This document shows, piece after piece, positions 50,680-63,335 of a DNA stretch of 64,000 nt. Position 1 is the stretch's first letter. Each line of letters opens with the position of its first letter. The stretch lies in contig JANJGN010000011.1 in NCBI GenBank assembly GCA_026770705.1, positions 113,336,001 through 113,400,000 of the forward strand. Reading direction: 5' to 3'. The notes under the pieces were generated by a model. The model was not told the DNA's origin, ran no database searches, and worked only from the letters and a program-made list of their open reading frames with translations. The stretch comes from Isurus oxyrinchus. Lineage: Eukaryota. A program made the translations under genes and the position numbers.

Positions 50680-51545
50680 AATATTCTTTTCATGGAATGT
50701 CACTGGCTAGGCCAACAACCAGCATGTGGTGTACATTAATTGCCATTGAGAAGTTGGCAGTGAGCCGCCCACTGCTTTGAACTGCTGCAGTCCTTGTTTG
50801 TAGGTGCACCCACAATGCTGTTAGGAAGGGGGTTCCAGGATTTTGATCCAGTGACAGTGAAAGAATGTTGATATAGTTTCAAGTCAAGATGGTGCATGGC
50901 TTGAAGGAGAGCTTGCAGGTGGTGGTGTTTCCATGCATCTGCTGCCCTTGATCTTCTAGCTGGTAGAGGTCGCCGGTTTAAAAGTTGGTGTCGAAGGAGC
51001 CTTAGTAAATTGCTTCAGTGCATCTTGTAGATGGTGCACACTGCTGCCACTGTGCACTGGTAGTGGAGGGAGTGAATGTTGAAGGTGGTGGATGGGGTGC
51101 CAATCAAGCGGGCTGCTTTGACGATGATGTCAAGCTTCTTGATTGTTGTTGGAACTGCACTCATCCAGACAAGTGGAGAGTATTCCATCACACTCCTGAC
51201 TTGTGCCTTGTAGATGGTGGACAGGCTTTGGGGTGTCAGGAAGTGAGTTATTCTCTGCAGAACTAACAATTTTTGGCCTGGTCTTGTAGCCATAGTATTT
51301 ATATAGCTGGTCCAGTTCACTTTCTTCTCAACGGTAACCCCCAGGATGTTGATGGTGAGAAATTCAGCGCTGGTAATGCCATTGAATGTCATAGGGAGTG
51401 GTCGTTAAATTCTGTCTTATTGGCGATGCTCATTGCCTGGCACTTGTGTTGTACGAATGTAACTTGCCACTTATCAGCCTAAGCTTGAATGTTGTCCAGA
51501 TTTTGCTGCATACTGACACAGACTTCTTTAGTGTCAACAGAATTG
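50680..51545 (-). mobile_element. CR1 family B LINE 3' portion
   Basis: ORF 51015-51392 LSTIYKAQVRSVMEYSPLVW; family B terminus. Confidence 0.85.
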
Positions 51546-51969
51546 CGAAACTGCTGATGTAGGTAAGGAATTGGTTAGCAGGTAGGAGAGAGGAGGGATA
51601 ATGTGCCTGTGCTCAAATTAGCAGAATGTAACAACAATATTGGTAGATGAAGGAGGACTGTGCCTAGATAAGAGATGTAGGGAGTATCTTTTCTTGCTCC
51701 TGTCCTTGAATGCTTTGAATTGTCCTGGTAAAGGATATGCCTGACTGACTTAAGTGTGTGATTTTCTTAAGTTTGCTGCACCCAAAGAATCCTCTATTCG
51801 CCATGAACAAATGATTCAGTAATTCCAAGTGCAGGAAGAAGTAATTTGCTTGGGAATATTAGTTAGCTAATGAAGAAGCTTATTTTAAGAATTGAAAGAA
51901 AGAAGATTTTGCTTTGTCCTATGGGTTAGTAGGAGCAAACTCAAGATCCAGCCACTACGTTTAAGAAAT

Positions 51970-52720
51970 TTGCTGAGTGTCAGGAGACAGAGTGTAGAGA
52001 TAATGAGCACGTATTCTCATTGATGCGATGTGACCAGTGGTGTTTCACAAGGTTCTGTATTGGGGCCTCAGCAATTCACAATAATTACTAGCAACTTGTA
52101 TGAAGTGATAGAGAATCATATATCCCATTCTGCCAATGAAACTGAAGATAAGTGGCAGTGTAAACACTTCATATGAAACATAAAATTGCAAAGAGGTATT
52201 AGTATATTAAATGAATGGGCAAAATCAGCAAATGGATTTCAGTGTAATCACATATGAGGTCATCCACTTTGGACAGAGCACTTTCTAACTGGTGATAAAT
52301 TAGAAATAGTGCTGGTCCAAAGAGACTTGTGGGGGTGGAGTGGGGTGGGAGGGCGGGTAGTGGTTTCTGTGTGTATAGATTGTTGAAAGATCATTAAAAG
52401 ATACAGAACATAATCAAAAAGGCTGGCCTTTATCTCACAGGATCAGAATACAGGAGGGTAGAAGTTATGCTACAGCTATAAAAATACCAATTAGACATCC
52501 CCTTGAATACTGTGAGCAGTTCTGGACATCACACCTTTGGAAAAATAAAATGGCCTTGGAGAGAGTGCCGCATAGATTTACTAGAATGATATCTGGTTCT
52601 CGAAGGTTAAATTACAGAGAGATTACATAAACCAGGGTTGTATTCCCTGGAATTTAGAGAGTTAAGTTAATTTAGAAGATTGAATTTTTCAAGATTTTAC
52701 AAGAACAGATGGGGAGAACT
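51970..52720 (+). mobile_element. Heavily decayed CR1 family A RT fragment
   Basis: VTSGVSQGSVLGP and ALERVPHRFTRMI remnants. Confidence 0.65.
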
Positions 52721-52856
52721 ATTTTTGTTTTAAGCTGAAATTCTGAGAAACAGTTTCTAAGATGATAACTCTAGAATCCCCATGTAAATTCGACTAGAAA
52801 TATCTGCAAAACGTACCAAATCACAGTGCATGGGATGGCCACCACCTATCTAATGA

Positions 52857-53045
52857 TACAGTGGTAGCACTCTGCCTCTGAGTCAGTAAGTCATAGGTTC
52901 AAGCAGCACTATAGAGATTTTAATGTAGTAACAAGGGAATGTTGCACTGTTGAAAGTCCTTGAAAGTCCTATCTTTGGGAGAGGCATTATCATACATTAA
53001 ACTGACCTCCTATCTGCACTTAAAAATACATAGTGAACACATTTG
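52857..53045 (+). mobile_element. Decayed tRNA-derived DeuSINE/SacSINE1-like SINE
   Basis: GTGGTAGCACTCTGCCTCTGAGTCAG...GGTTCAAGC (A/B-box-like), then GGGAATGTTGCACTGT. Family name is from recall. Confidence 0.55.
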
Positions 53046-53202
53046 AACATCAGAGCAAGTTATCTTAGCTTTATTAGAACAGTGTTGAAGGCAGAGGATA
53101 GAGAGGTCAGAGTGGAACATGAGCAGAGAATTAAATTGTCAAGCGACTGGAAACTCAAGAGTATACGTGCAGACTGAATGGAGGTGTTCCACAGGTAATA
53201 TT

Positions 53203-54264
53203 TTATTATTCATTCATGGAATGTGAGCAGCATTGGCTATGCCAACATTTATTGCCCATCCTAATTGCCCTTGAGAAGGTAGAGGTGAGCTGCCTTCTTA
53301 AACCACTGGAGTCCATGTGGTGTAGGTACACCCACAGTGCTATTAGAGAGGGAGTTCCAGCATTTTGACTCAGCAACAATAAAGGAATGGTGATATATAT
53401 CCAAATCTGGATAGTGAATGGCTTGGAGAGGAGGTGGTGCTCTCATGTGTCTGCTGACCTTGTCCTTTGGGATGTTAGCGGCCACGGGTTTGGAAAGTGG
53501 TGTCTAAGGTGGCTTGGTGAGTTCCTTCATGTAGATGGTACACACTGTTGCGACTGTTTGGTGGTGGGGGTAGTGAATGTTTGCCGATGGAGTGCTATTC
53601 AAGGGGGCTGCTTTGCTCTGGATGGTGTCAACCATCTTAAGTGTTGTTGGAGCTGCACTCATCACGGCAAATGGAGAGTATTCTATCATGCTCCTGACTT
53701 GTGCCTTGTAGATGGTACGCAGGCTTTAGGGAGGTAATTATTCGCCACAGGGTTCTTAGCTTCTGACCTGCTCTGTAGTCACAATATTTATATGGCTAGC
53801 CCAGTTCAGTTTCAGGTCAGTAGTAACCCCAGGATGTTGTTAGCGGGGGATTCAACAAAGGTAATGTCATTGAATGTCATGGGGCAATGGTTAGATTCGC
53901 TCTTGTTGGAGATGGTCATTGCCTGACACTTGTGTGGTGCGAATGTTACCAGCCACTTGTCAGCCCAAGCCTGAATATTGTTAGGGTCTTGTTAGGACAT
54001 GGACTGGTTCCGTATCTGAGGAGTCTAGAAGGTGCTGAAGATGGTCAGGCCTAGGACACTACCCTGAGGAACACCTGCAGTGATGTCCTGGAACTGAGAT
54101 GATTGACACCCAGCAACCACAAGCATCTTCCTTTGTGCTAGGTGTGGCTTAACCAGTGGAGAGTTTTTCCCCCTCATTCCTACTGACTCCAGTTTTTTTA
54201 GGGCTCCTTGAAGCCACCCTCAGTCAAATGCGGACTTGATATCAAGTGCAGTCACTCTCACCTC
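53203..54264 (-). mobile_element. CR1 family B LINE 3' 1 kb
   Basis: Diverged reverse complement of about 55195-56355. Confidence 0.85.
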
Positions 54265-54267
54265 CGT

Positions 54268-56355
54268 AAGGCACTGTGGACCATCAGCAACAGCAGAATT
54301 ATACTCAACCACAATCTGTAACCTCATGGCTTGGCATATCCCCCACTCTGTGACTACCACCAAGCCAGGGGATCAACCCTGGCTAAATGAAGGGTTCAGG
54401 AGGGCATGCCAGGAGCAGCACCAGGCATATCTAAAAACAAGATGTCAATCTGATGAAGCTACAACATATGGCTGCTTGCGTGCCAAACAGCATAAGCAGC
54501 AAGTGATGGACAAAGCTAAGCAATTTCACAACCAACGGATCAGACCTAAGCTCTGCAGTCCTGCCACATGCAGTTGTGAATGGTGGTGGACAGTTAAACA
54601 ACTCACTAGCACAGGAGGCTCCACAAATATTCCCATCTTCAATGATGGAGGAGCCTAGCATATCCAGTGCAAAAGAAGAGGCTGAAGCATTCACAACAGT
54701 CTTCAACCGGAAGTGCTGAGTGGAAAATCCATCTTGGCCTCCTCTGGAGGTCCCCAGCAGCACAGATGCCAATCTTCAGCCAATTTGATTTATCCCACAT
54801 GATATAAAGAAGTGGCTGAAGGCATTGGATACTGCCAAAGCTATGGGCCCTGACAATAGTACTGAAGACTTGTGCTCCAGAACATGGTGCACCCCTAGCC
54901 AAGCTGTTCCAGTACAGCTACAATACTGGCATCTGCCTGGCAATGTGGAAAATTGCACAGGTATGTCCTGTACACAAAAAGCAGAACAAATTCAACCCGG
55001 CCAGTTACCGCCTCATCAGTCAGCTCTTGATCATCAGTAATGTGATGGAATGGGTCATCAACAGTGCTGTTAAGCGTCATTTGTTTAGCAATAACCTGCT
55101 CACTGACGTTCAGTTTGGGTTCCTCCAGGGTCACTCAGCTCCAGACCTCATTACAGCCTTGGTTCACTCGTGGACAAAAGAGCTGAACTCCAGAGGTGAG
55201 GTCAGAATGTCTGCCCTTGATATCAAGGTCGCATTTGACTGAATGTGGCATCAAGGAACCCTAGGAAAACTGGAGTCAATGGGAATCAGAGGAAAACTCT
55301 CTGCTGGCTGGGGTCATACCTAGCACAAAGAATATGGTTGTGGTTGTTGGAGGTCAATCATCTCCTTTAAGGACACCACTGCAGGAGTACCTCAAGGTGA
55401 TGTCCTAGGCCCAAGCATCTTCAGCTGCTTCATCAATGACTTTCAATCCATCAGAAGGTCAGAAGTGGGGATGTTCACTGATGATTGCACAATGTTCAGC
55501 ACCATTCACGACTCCTCAGATACTGAAGCAGTCCATGTCTAAATGCAGCAAGACCTGGACAATATTCAGGCATGGGCTGACAAGCAGCAAGTAACATTCG
55601 CACCACACAAGTGCCAGGCAATGGCCATTTCTGACAAGAGAGAATCTAATCATTGCCCCTTGACATTCAATGGCATTACCATCACTGAATCCTCCACTAT
55701 CAACATCCTGGAGGTTATAATTGACCAGAAACCGAACTGAACTAGCCATATAAATACTGTGGCTACAAGAGCAAGTTAGAGGCTAGGAAACCGGCGGCGA
55801 ATAACTCAGCTCCTGACTCCCCAAAGCCTGCCCACCATCCACAAGGCACAAGTCAGGAGCGTGATGGAATATTCCTCACTTGCTTGGATAAGTGCAGCTC
55901 CAACAACACTCGAAGCTTGACACCATCCAGGATAAAGCAGCCCACTTGATTGGCACCCCTTCCACAAACATTCACTCCCTCCATCACAGACAAACAGAAA
56001 GAGTGTGTACCAAGATGCACTGCAGAAACTCACCAAGGCTCCTTAGGCAGCACTTTCCAAACCCATGACCACTACCATCTAGAAAGACAAGGGCAGCAGA
56101 TAGATGGGAATACCACCACCTGGAAGTTCCCCTCCAAGTCACTCACCATCATGACTTGGAAATATATTGCCATTCTTTCACTGTCGCTGGGTCAAAATCC
56201 TGGAACTCCCTTCTTAACAGCACTGTGGGTGTACTGCACCACATGGACTGCCGAGGTTCAAGAGGACAGCTCACCACCACCTTCTCAAGGGCAATGAGGG
56301 ATGGACAATAAATGTTGGCCTCGCCAGCGACGCCCACATCCCGTAACTGAATAAG
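54268..56355 (+). mobile_element. CR1 family B LINE ORF2 3' 2 kb
   Basis: KPGDQPW, WKIAQVCPVHKK, QFGF, ALDIKVAFD, AGVPQG, MFTDD, QQDLDNIQAW; family terminus. Confidence 0.88.
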
Positions 56356-56976
56356 AAATTCATGTATGTACAAGGCATTTATTTTTGATATGTTGGTGTA
56401 CTTAAGTAACATAACGGAGTTGCATGTCTTTTCAAATCTCTTACTAAATTTAGCCCTCAGAAATTTTGACATCCTGGGTTGTGATGGCTTATCATGTTGT
56501 AGCATTCATTTGAAGTGTACTCTTATGATTTTTAAAATGGTCTTTCATCAAATTATGCAGCAAGAAATTTTCAGTTTAAATTATGTATTTTTGTTTTTGC
56601 ACTTATTCTGATTTTTCTCACTTGAAAATACACATTTGCCACTTCATGCTGGTAATATAAGAAAAGGAAGCTGATGCAAAAGCAAAATTCTTTGTGAATA
56701 ACCCACGAAGCATTCAGTATACTCGCTAATAATATTGAGCTAGGTGCTTTGCTGAGTATTGGATATAAATATATCAGCTTCATTTTTTTAACGTCCTGCA
56801 GCTTTTGAGTGCTCTTAACAAAATTTACCAGCTTTCACTTTATCTTATTCTCAATCTTTCAAAGGATAATTGTGTAACAAGCATTGAAGTTGATGAGCTG
56901 TCTGATTCACCCGTGTCTTTCACTTTCTTTTAGAACGGATATACGTGAAAGGTCAGTGCCTCTGAAAGAAACCACA

Positions 56977-57987
56977 ATGGAAAAAACATGGAAGTCATGG
57001 ACATATGCCAGGAGATGGCTGATTGCCTTGGTCTCATGGTCCTGGAGCTTATGTCGAATTTCCTTGCTAGCTTTGATTTTAACCTTTCACCTATATGGAG
57101 GGATCCTTTTGCTTCTCTTGATACTTGCATCAGTAGCAGGTATATTATACAAATTCCAAGATGTGCTCCTCTACTTTCCAGAGCAACCACCCTCCTCACG
57201 TTTGTACATTCCTGTGCCTACTGGGATCCCATATGAAAATCTCTTTGTTAAAACCAAGGATGGAGTCCGACTCAATTTGATTCTGTTGAGGTACACTGGA
57301 GATAATGCGCCATATTCACCAACTATAATTTATTTTCATGGGAATGCAGGTAATATTGGTCACAGGATACAAAATGCTCTGTTGATGATGGTCAATCTGA
57401 AAGCCAATGTATTACTTGTAGATTATAGAGGTTACGGAAGGAGTGAAGGGGAACCGAGTGAAAAAGGCCTTTACTTGGATTCGGAGGCTGTACTAGACTA
57501 TGTGATGACTAGACCAGATCTTGATAAAACAAAAATAATTTTATTTGGCCGCTCCTTGGGTGGAGCGGTGGCTATTCACCTGGCCTCAGAGAATCCACAT
57601 CGGATTTTTGCAATAGTTGTTGAGAACACATTCCTCAGTATCCCACACATGGCCAGCACTTTGTTCTCCTTCTTTCCCATGAGATATCTTCCACTCTGGT
57701 GCTACAAGAACAAATTTCTGTCTTATAACAAAATTGCACAGTGCAGAATGCCTTCTCTTTTTATTTCTGGATTGTCAGACCAGTTAATTCCACCAGTCAT
57801 GATGAAACAACTGTGCGAACTGTCGACATCACGGACTAAAAGACTAGTCATATTTCCAGATGGAACTCACAATGACACTTGGCAGTGCCAGGGCTATTTT
57901 GCTGCTCTTGAACAATTCATCAAAGAGTTATTAAAAAACAGTTCACATGAAGAAATAAAAACCACATCTAATGTAACAATAATATAG
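56977..57987 (+). CDS. ABHD13: Alpha/beta-hydrolase domain-containing protein 13, 336 aa, single coding exon
   Basis: ATG in good Kozak context (ACAATGG), MEKTW...; hydrophobic N-terminal segment; FHGNAGN, nucleophile GRSLG, Asp in [10 protein letters not shown], His in GTHNDTW; acceptor CACTTTCTTTTAG ends at 56933; head-to-head with LIG4 as in mammals. Confidence 0.97.
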   Translation: MEKTWKSWTYARRWLIALVSWSWSLCRISLLALILTFHLYGGILLLLLILASVAGILYKFQDVLLYFPEQPPSSRLYIPVPTGIPYENLFVKTKDGVRLNLILLRYTGDNAPYSPTIIYFHGNAGNIGHRIQNALLMMVNLKANVLLVDYRGYGRSEGEPSEKGLYLDSEAVLDYVMTRPDLDKTKIILFGRSLGGAVAIHLASENPHRIFAIVVENTFLSIPHMASTLFSFFPMRYLPLWCYKNKFLSYNKIAQCRMPSLFISGLSDQLIPPVMMKQLCELSTSRTKRLVIFPDGTHNDTWQCQGYFAALEQFIKELLKNSSHEEIKTTSNVTII

Positions 57988-60290
57988 CTTTTTCTTCTGT
58001 ACCTGATGTAACTTTTAAATCTGTAAGTAAGCAAAAGGTGATTGTTAACTTGGAAAGTCCTTATTTGCTACTTTATCACCAATTGTTGAACATTTTTACC
58101 TGTTTTCATGCATGAGAAAAGTATACTGATATTTCATAAAGAGCTTTGTTGACTTGATCAGCCAAGCTGTTCAATACTGTAAAATAAAATGATTTTCTTT
58201 TGTGTGCACTATATGTAACTAACTGTTAATTTAACAAGTTTCCCTTCTGAATCCACATTTTATTTAAACTCTGTGTATGAGTTAAATTTTGAAACAAAGT
58301 CCCATTACATATGTCAGAATTGTCTGTACAGCACATATGATGTAGCTTTCAGCTTTAGAAAATAATTGCACATGGACCACAAGCTGTTAAGTTTAGTAGG
58401 TCAATTTGTTTTGATTGTTCATAGAAGTATTGCATTTCAGGGCATTACTTTGCTGAAATAAAAATTATGCACCATTAGAAAATCTTGAAAATATTGCAGA
58501 ATGATTATGCATTTTGAAATGTTACCTTTCCTAATTATTTCACTGACTTTTACCTTATGAATGAATGTTTGAGCTCTATTCTGGGTCCAGTGCTCTATTC
58601 CTTATTAAAATCTGTCATCTGGAGCTGTTGTTAAATATGATTACTAGTTTGAAAGTCAATTTCTCTTGAAGTTTTGAAGGGGCTAAATTGTTGCAGATTC
58701 TTGTGACCTACTTGACAGACTTCTGATCCATTTTAAAAAGCAAAAGATGTGAGAAACAATATTATGCATAAATTGTAATTCTATTACTAAAAGCCATTTT
58801 CTATGTATTAGTTATTGTAAGGTTTATCCCACTGTGTTAATACTTAGATGCAGTTTAGTTAATGTGGTTTTAAGCCACGCATTTGTTCCAGCTTTTGAAT
58901 TTAATCTAACATTTACAAAGTGTTGCTTTTTTACTTGTTCCTGATTCCACAAATTTGCTGTCTTTCATCACCTAGTTTATTTGCGTAACTTGCTATTCCA
59001 AAATTTTACAGTGGCCAAAATGGGCTTCATTACATCGAACCAAAGTACTAAGTACTGTACTATTTTTATATGTTAAAGAAAGGCTTCATTGAAACTTTCA
59101 ACCCGCTAAGGTATTAAATACAGAAGCTCTTTTAAAAACTATTATTTCACATAGCAGATTCTAACATAATATTAAATAGCCATTTTGCATATTCTAAATA
59201 TATTACATCTGGAGATTTAAACAAAGAAGTCTTTCTTCTATTTTGTCTGCTATTTCCAGTAAAATGAAGCCCACTCATGCAGAAATACTGTAAGCTATTG
59301 AGTTCCTTGTAAGAGAAAAAGCAGTAGAGTGAGAATATCTGCCACAGCTTTGATAATACATGACAATTGTATTTTAAGGGTTGAGTTTCTTGATAATGCT
59401 TTTATCAAATAAATACTTTGAGCATTACCTGTGTCCTACTCTGGGTAAGATACCTTAAGTCAAGTACATAATACAAAGCATATGTAATGATAAAGGGGAA
59501 GTGATGATTTGGAATATGCTTTTGGTGCCATCTAATGACAGCGACAAAAACAAGGCACAGCTTTATATTCATTTTTGTTGGAATAAATGTGTTAAAATGT
59601 GCATCAGATTTTTTTTTACATCTATATCAGTGCAACTGATAGCCATCAACCTCTGAATGATTGGAAGTAGAATCCTTGAGATGCAGCATTTTTATTGTGA
59701 ATTAGAAGTTTAACCTGCATTGTGCAATAATGTCCTTCAACTTCTGATCAGTTTCACAATAGTATTGTGGTCATTGAAGAAGAGTGATTTAATGCCACTT
59801 CACCTATTTATAATGGCTATTCCCATTGAAAATTAGTTGGTACCTTATATCACACATTTAGTCAGTTACTATACCAGGGGCATTGCTAAACATGAATGTG
59901 ATTTCTTATAAATATATGAAATGCAGGATGCAAAATGCAGATCTCACATTGAAAACTTCAGAATATAGTTTTGCAAAAAAAATTTTTGTCCAAATGGATA
60001 TTTGTCTCAATTGATGCTCAATCCTCTGGATGCCCTGTTGCATTTGTCTCAGTTCTGCCAAAAGATTTGATTGAAAATACATTGCTCCATTCTTAAAAGT
60101 GCACAAAACATTGTTGATCATAACATGTTCAGCATGGTGTGGAACTGAAACAAATTATTTGTGAAGTTTAGCAAAGCTTGGTACTTCTGCTTTTACATGT
60201 CTAATTCTTGATACAGTAAGTCTAAGTGTTCTAAGATTTTCTGATCCTGTTGAATTCATGAAATAAACTTTTTTTGCCTTTGCATTTTAG
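57988..60290 (+). other. Probable long AT-rich ABHD13 3' UTR with several AATAAA signals
   Basis: No recognisable TE; AATAAA near 58183, 58457, 59408, 59582 and 60262; T/GT-rich sequence follows the last. Confidence 0.5.
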
Positions 60291-60404
60291 TGTTACATGA
60301 TTGTATTTTTTTGGAGCCGTTTTATCGCTACTGTGATCTTGATTATTAAACCAGCTTTGGTCATAAAGATGTTAAAAAAATCCAAATCTTGAATTTTATG
60401 CAGA

Positions 60405-60780
60405 GAAGAGCCATAGGGGTGATTCGGAGTGTCAAAGGATTGAGTTATTAGAAGATTGCAAAATGTCGGACTCTTTGATCACGTGTAACTAATGTAGAAA
60501 AGTTTAGTGTGGAGCAGTGCTGAAAAGTGAACTTTGATTGTAGATTAGTAGACAAGGTGTTCGTGGTTAGACAAGTGAAAGGCAACTTTAGGACATAAAG
60601 TCAAAGTCTTAATAATTTTTCTATGAGCGCTTGGGATTAACCTCCAAGTAAAATATTACAGGGAGAAGCCTTGGAATTATTTAAAATCAGCTGGGGATGC
60701 TTCAGTAAGAAAGTTAATTTTTTTTTACTTGATAATTGAGGAAAGATGGTTCTTCCTCACTATATTTATCATATCGTTCT
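60405..60780 (+). mobile_element. Very old CR1 3' remnant
   Basis: Weak similarity to the RA...I..VKGLSY C-terminal region of CR1 ORF2. Confidence 0.35.
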
Positions 60781-60949
60781 TACTTCAAATGAAATGGAAT
60801 GCACTCTTCATGTTGAGTTTTGTCATTGTGTGCTGATCAGAGCTGAAAACTACTTTTGTTTGACAGAAGTGTGCTTGTATATACATAGTAATACAGGATA
60901 TTCTACAAATATCTATTAGGCATTATGAAAAAGGACAAGGACTATTTGA

Positions 60950-60953
60950 TGTG

Positions 60954-60999
<46 letters not shown>
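60950..60999. repeat. (TG)n(AT)n microsatellite
   Basis: Short TG run followed by a long AT run. Confidence 0.95.
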
Positions 61000-61005
<6 letters not shown>

Positions 61006-63237
61006 TGGTTTATTGATAAAGTTGTTCGCCTAGCACACCTGTAATACATGGATGCAAATAATTGAATCGTTATTAGGAAGGTTACAAGTTAAATCTGTGG
61101 CAGAAGGCAATTCCAAGAACCAACAAATCAATCATTTTAATAAGATTTTCTAATGTAAGCAGCTTGTCAGGATTATTGCCAGCCCTGCACCATATCTCAG
61201 TATATTGATGATCTTTTAATGTAACTTTTTTCCTGTGTATTTTACATAGTACCAGAACAAAAGAATGCCCAAGTTCTTTCTCTGAAAAATAGTCCTTTTT
61301 AAAGTCAATTTGTTCCTGGTATCGTAACTAAGCCAACCACTTGCAAAGCAATTACAAAACCTTTTTTCCTACTATAGGTAAATGTAGGACCTATTTCCTG
61401 GGACTTTAAATTTGTGAACAGCAACGGGATGCAGGAATCGAAATAGCTGTCCAGTCAAGGAAAATAGTCCCAAAATTAGGGTGATGAGTCGTTATTCCCA
61501 TCCCAACTTTGTCCTTGAAATTGGAATTATGTGAGCCTGACCATTAGGTTCATAGCTATCGATCTGATGTTCTCGAGCAGGATTTTATCATGCAAAACTA
61601 CAACCAGCCAACAGAATTTGCATATGGCATCACAGTTTATCTGTAATAAAAGTGTTTTCCCTGCCTAAAAGAAAAGAAAAACAAAACAGCATAGTGACAG
61701 TGTCCAACTCATAACAAGTGATTCAAGCACTAAGAATAACATCAATAATGGTGATGGAGCTGAAAAAAAATCTATATCTATCTTAATTGCTAACATTGGA
61801 TTCAGTTCTTTACTCCTGGCAGGAACCAAGGGACGAAGTTTCCGCTTGTCCCTAAGATGGCACAACTCTTGTCCATCCTGCGTCTCCTACTCCAACTGAT
61901 TTCTCTTGGTCATTTTGTCAGGCTACTAGTATTATTTCACTCATTGACAAGTTGCTTGCCTTAATTAGGAACAATGTGTAGCATAGCTAAGGTGAATTTA
62001 AAGATTTTCTATCAAATGTTTTCAAAAATTTCTCTTTGCACTAGTCCTTTAAAGTTTAAATCTTGCCATTATAGCAATGCTGAACACTGGTGCTGGAAAT
62101 GTTGCACAAGTGACAAGAAATGTGTTATATGATGAATTTTCCTATCATTTGGATTTCATTCGGTGCTCATATTTGGGCAGATGCATGGTCGATATCACTG
62201 CCATCAGAAAGTCGTAGAAGTGACAATGGAATAGCATTCACACAATTTTCTTTCCCTGTTCTGTAGTTTAACTGGGAGCTGGTGTAACAGTGGAAAATAT
62301 TATCCCATATTCTTAACCACTTTCTGCAGGCAACTGGTCCAGTTCATCTTCAATAAGAGATCATGTGTTTTTGGCACGACTATATTAAAATGGAAAAATT
62401 GTCAAATTCTCAGCAAGTGGCAGGGAAGGCATAATTTTCTACTTCCAATAAAACCACACAAATTCCAAATGACTTGAGTACAAAGTAGAGGAACCAGAGC
62501 CCTGATCAGACAATACCAAAAGATTTCTGAAATTAGTGAGTGCAGAGTAACCTGTTTTCAGCAAACTTAGTAAAGTACAACAATATACTTACACAAGCTA
62601 AGGTGAGCATGGAAGATAGCTTAGAAACTTCCTCTATACACCTTGCTTCCCAAAAGCAAAATCAACTTTTTTAAAAACACAAATGTGACAGAAAACATAG
62701 TGTCAATCTTTCTGACATCATTACAGCTTGCTAACCAATACATTGCTGCCTTCAACACAAGATGTATGGGCCTTGCACCTAGACACAAACCATTACCTTG
62801 CTGATCTCGCATAATTTCAATTCTCTGAGCAGACGTTTCAAGTGACTGTGCAATTAGAATGACCTTTAAGGACCTGATAAAGCCACAAGCTGTAATAAGT
62901 TGCCCACAAATTTTAAAATACTTCCATGAACCAAACCCTGTACTGACATTTTTTTGATCACCTTGACTGGATGCAAGAGCTCTTCCAGATTTCAAGCCAG
63001 TCACTCACATTTATACACATCAAAAACCCTAACACTTAACAGGTTGTATAATAACTGCTATAATCTCTAAGATGGTACCTTTAATACACAAATGTATCTA
63101 CCAAAACCAAATTGACTTCACATAAGAAAGCTTCTAGGGTGCCCCTGTTGAACAGAGCACATCAATATAACAGCTCATGCCTACATGTCCTGGCACAATT
63201 GCTGGATGTAGGAAACAATTTAAACCAATACTTTGAT

Positions 63238-63335
63238 GCCCTGATGAAAGGCCACAGACCAGAAATGTAAACTCTGTCTTTCCACAGAAGCTGTCACACC
63301 TGCAGGGAATTTCCAGTATGTTCTGTTTTTATTTT
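63238..63335 (+). mobile_element. Old PLE terminal repeat with hammerhead motif
   Basis: CTGATGA(63241-63247)-AAGGCCACAGACCA-GAAATGTAAACTCTGT plus family tail. Confidence 0.65.

Noticed and set aside
56884-56976. 31-aa N-terminal extension of ABHD13
   Set aside because: It runs through the polypyrimidine tract and AG acceptor at 56933, so it is intron plus 5' UTR.
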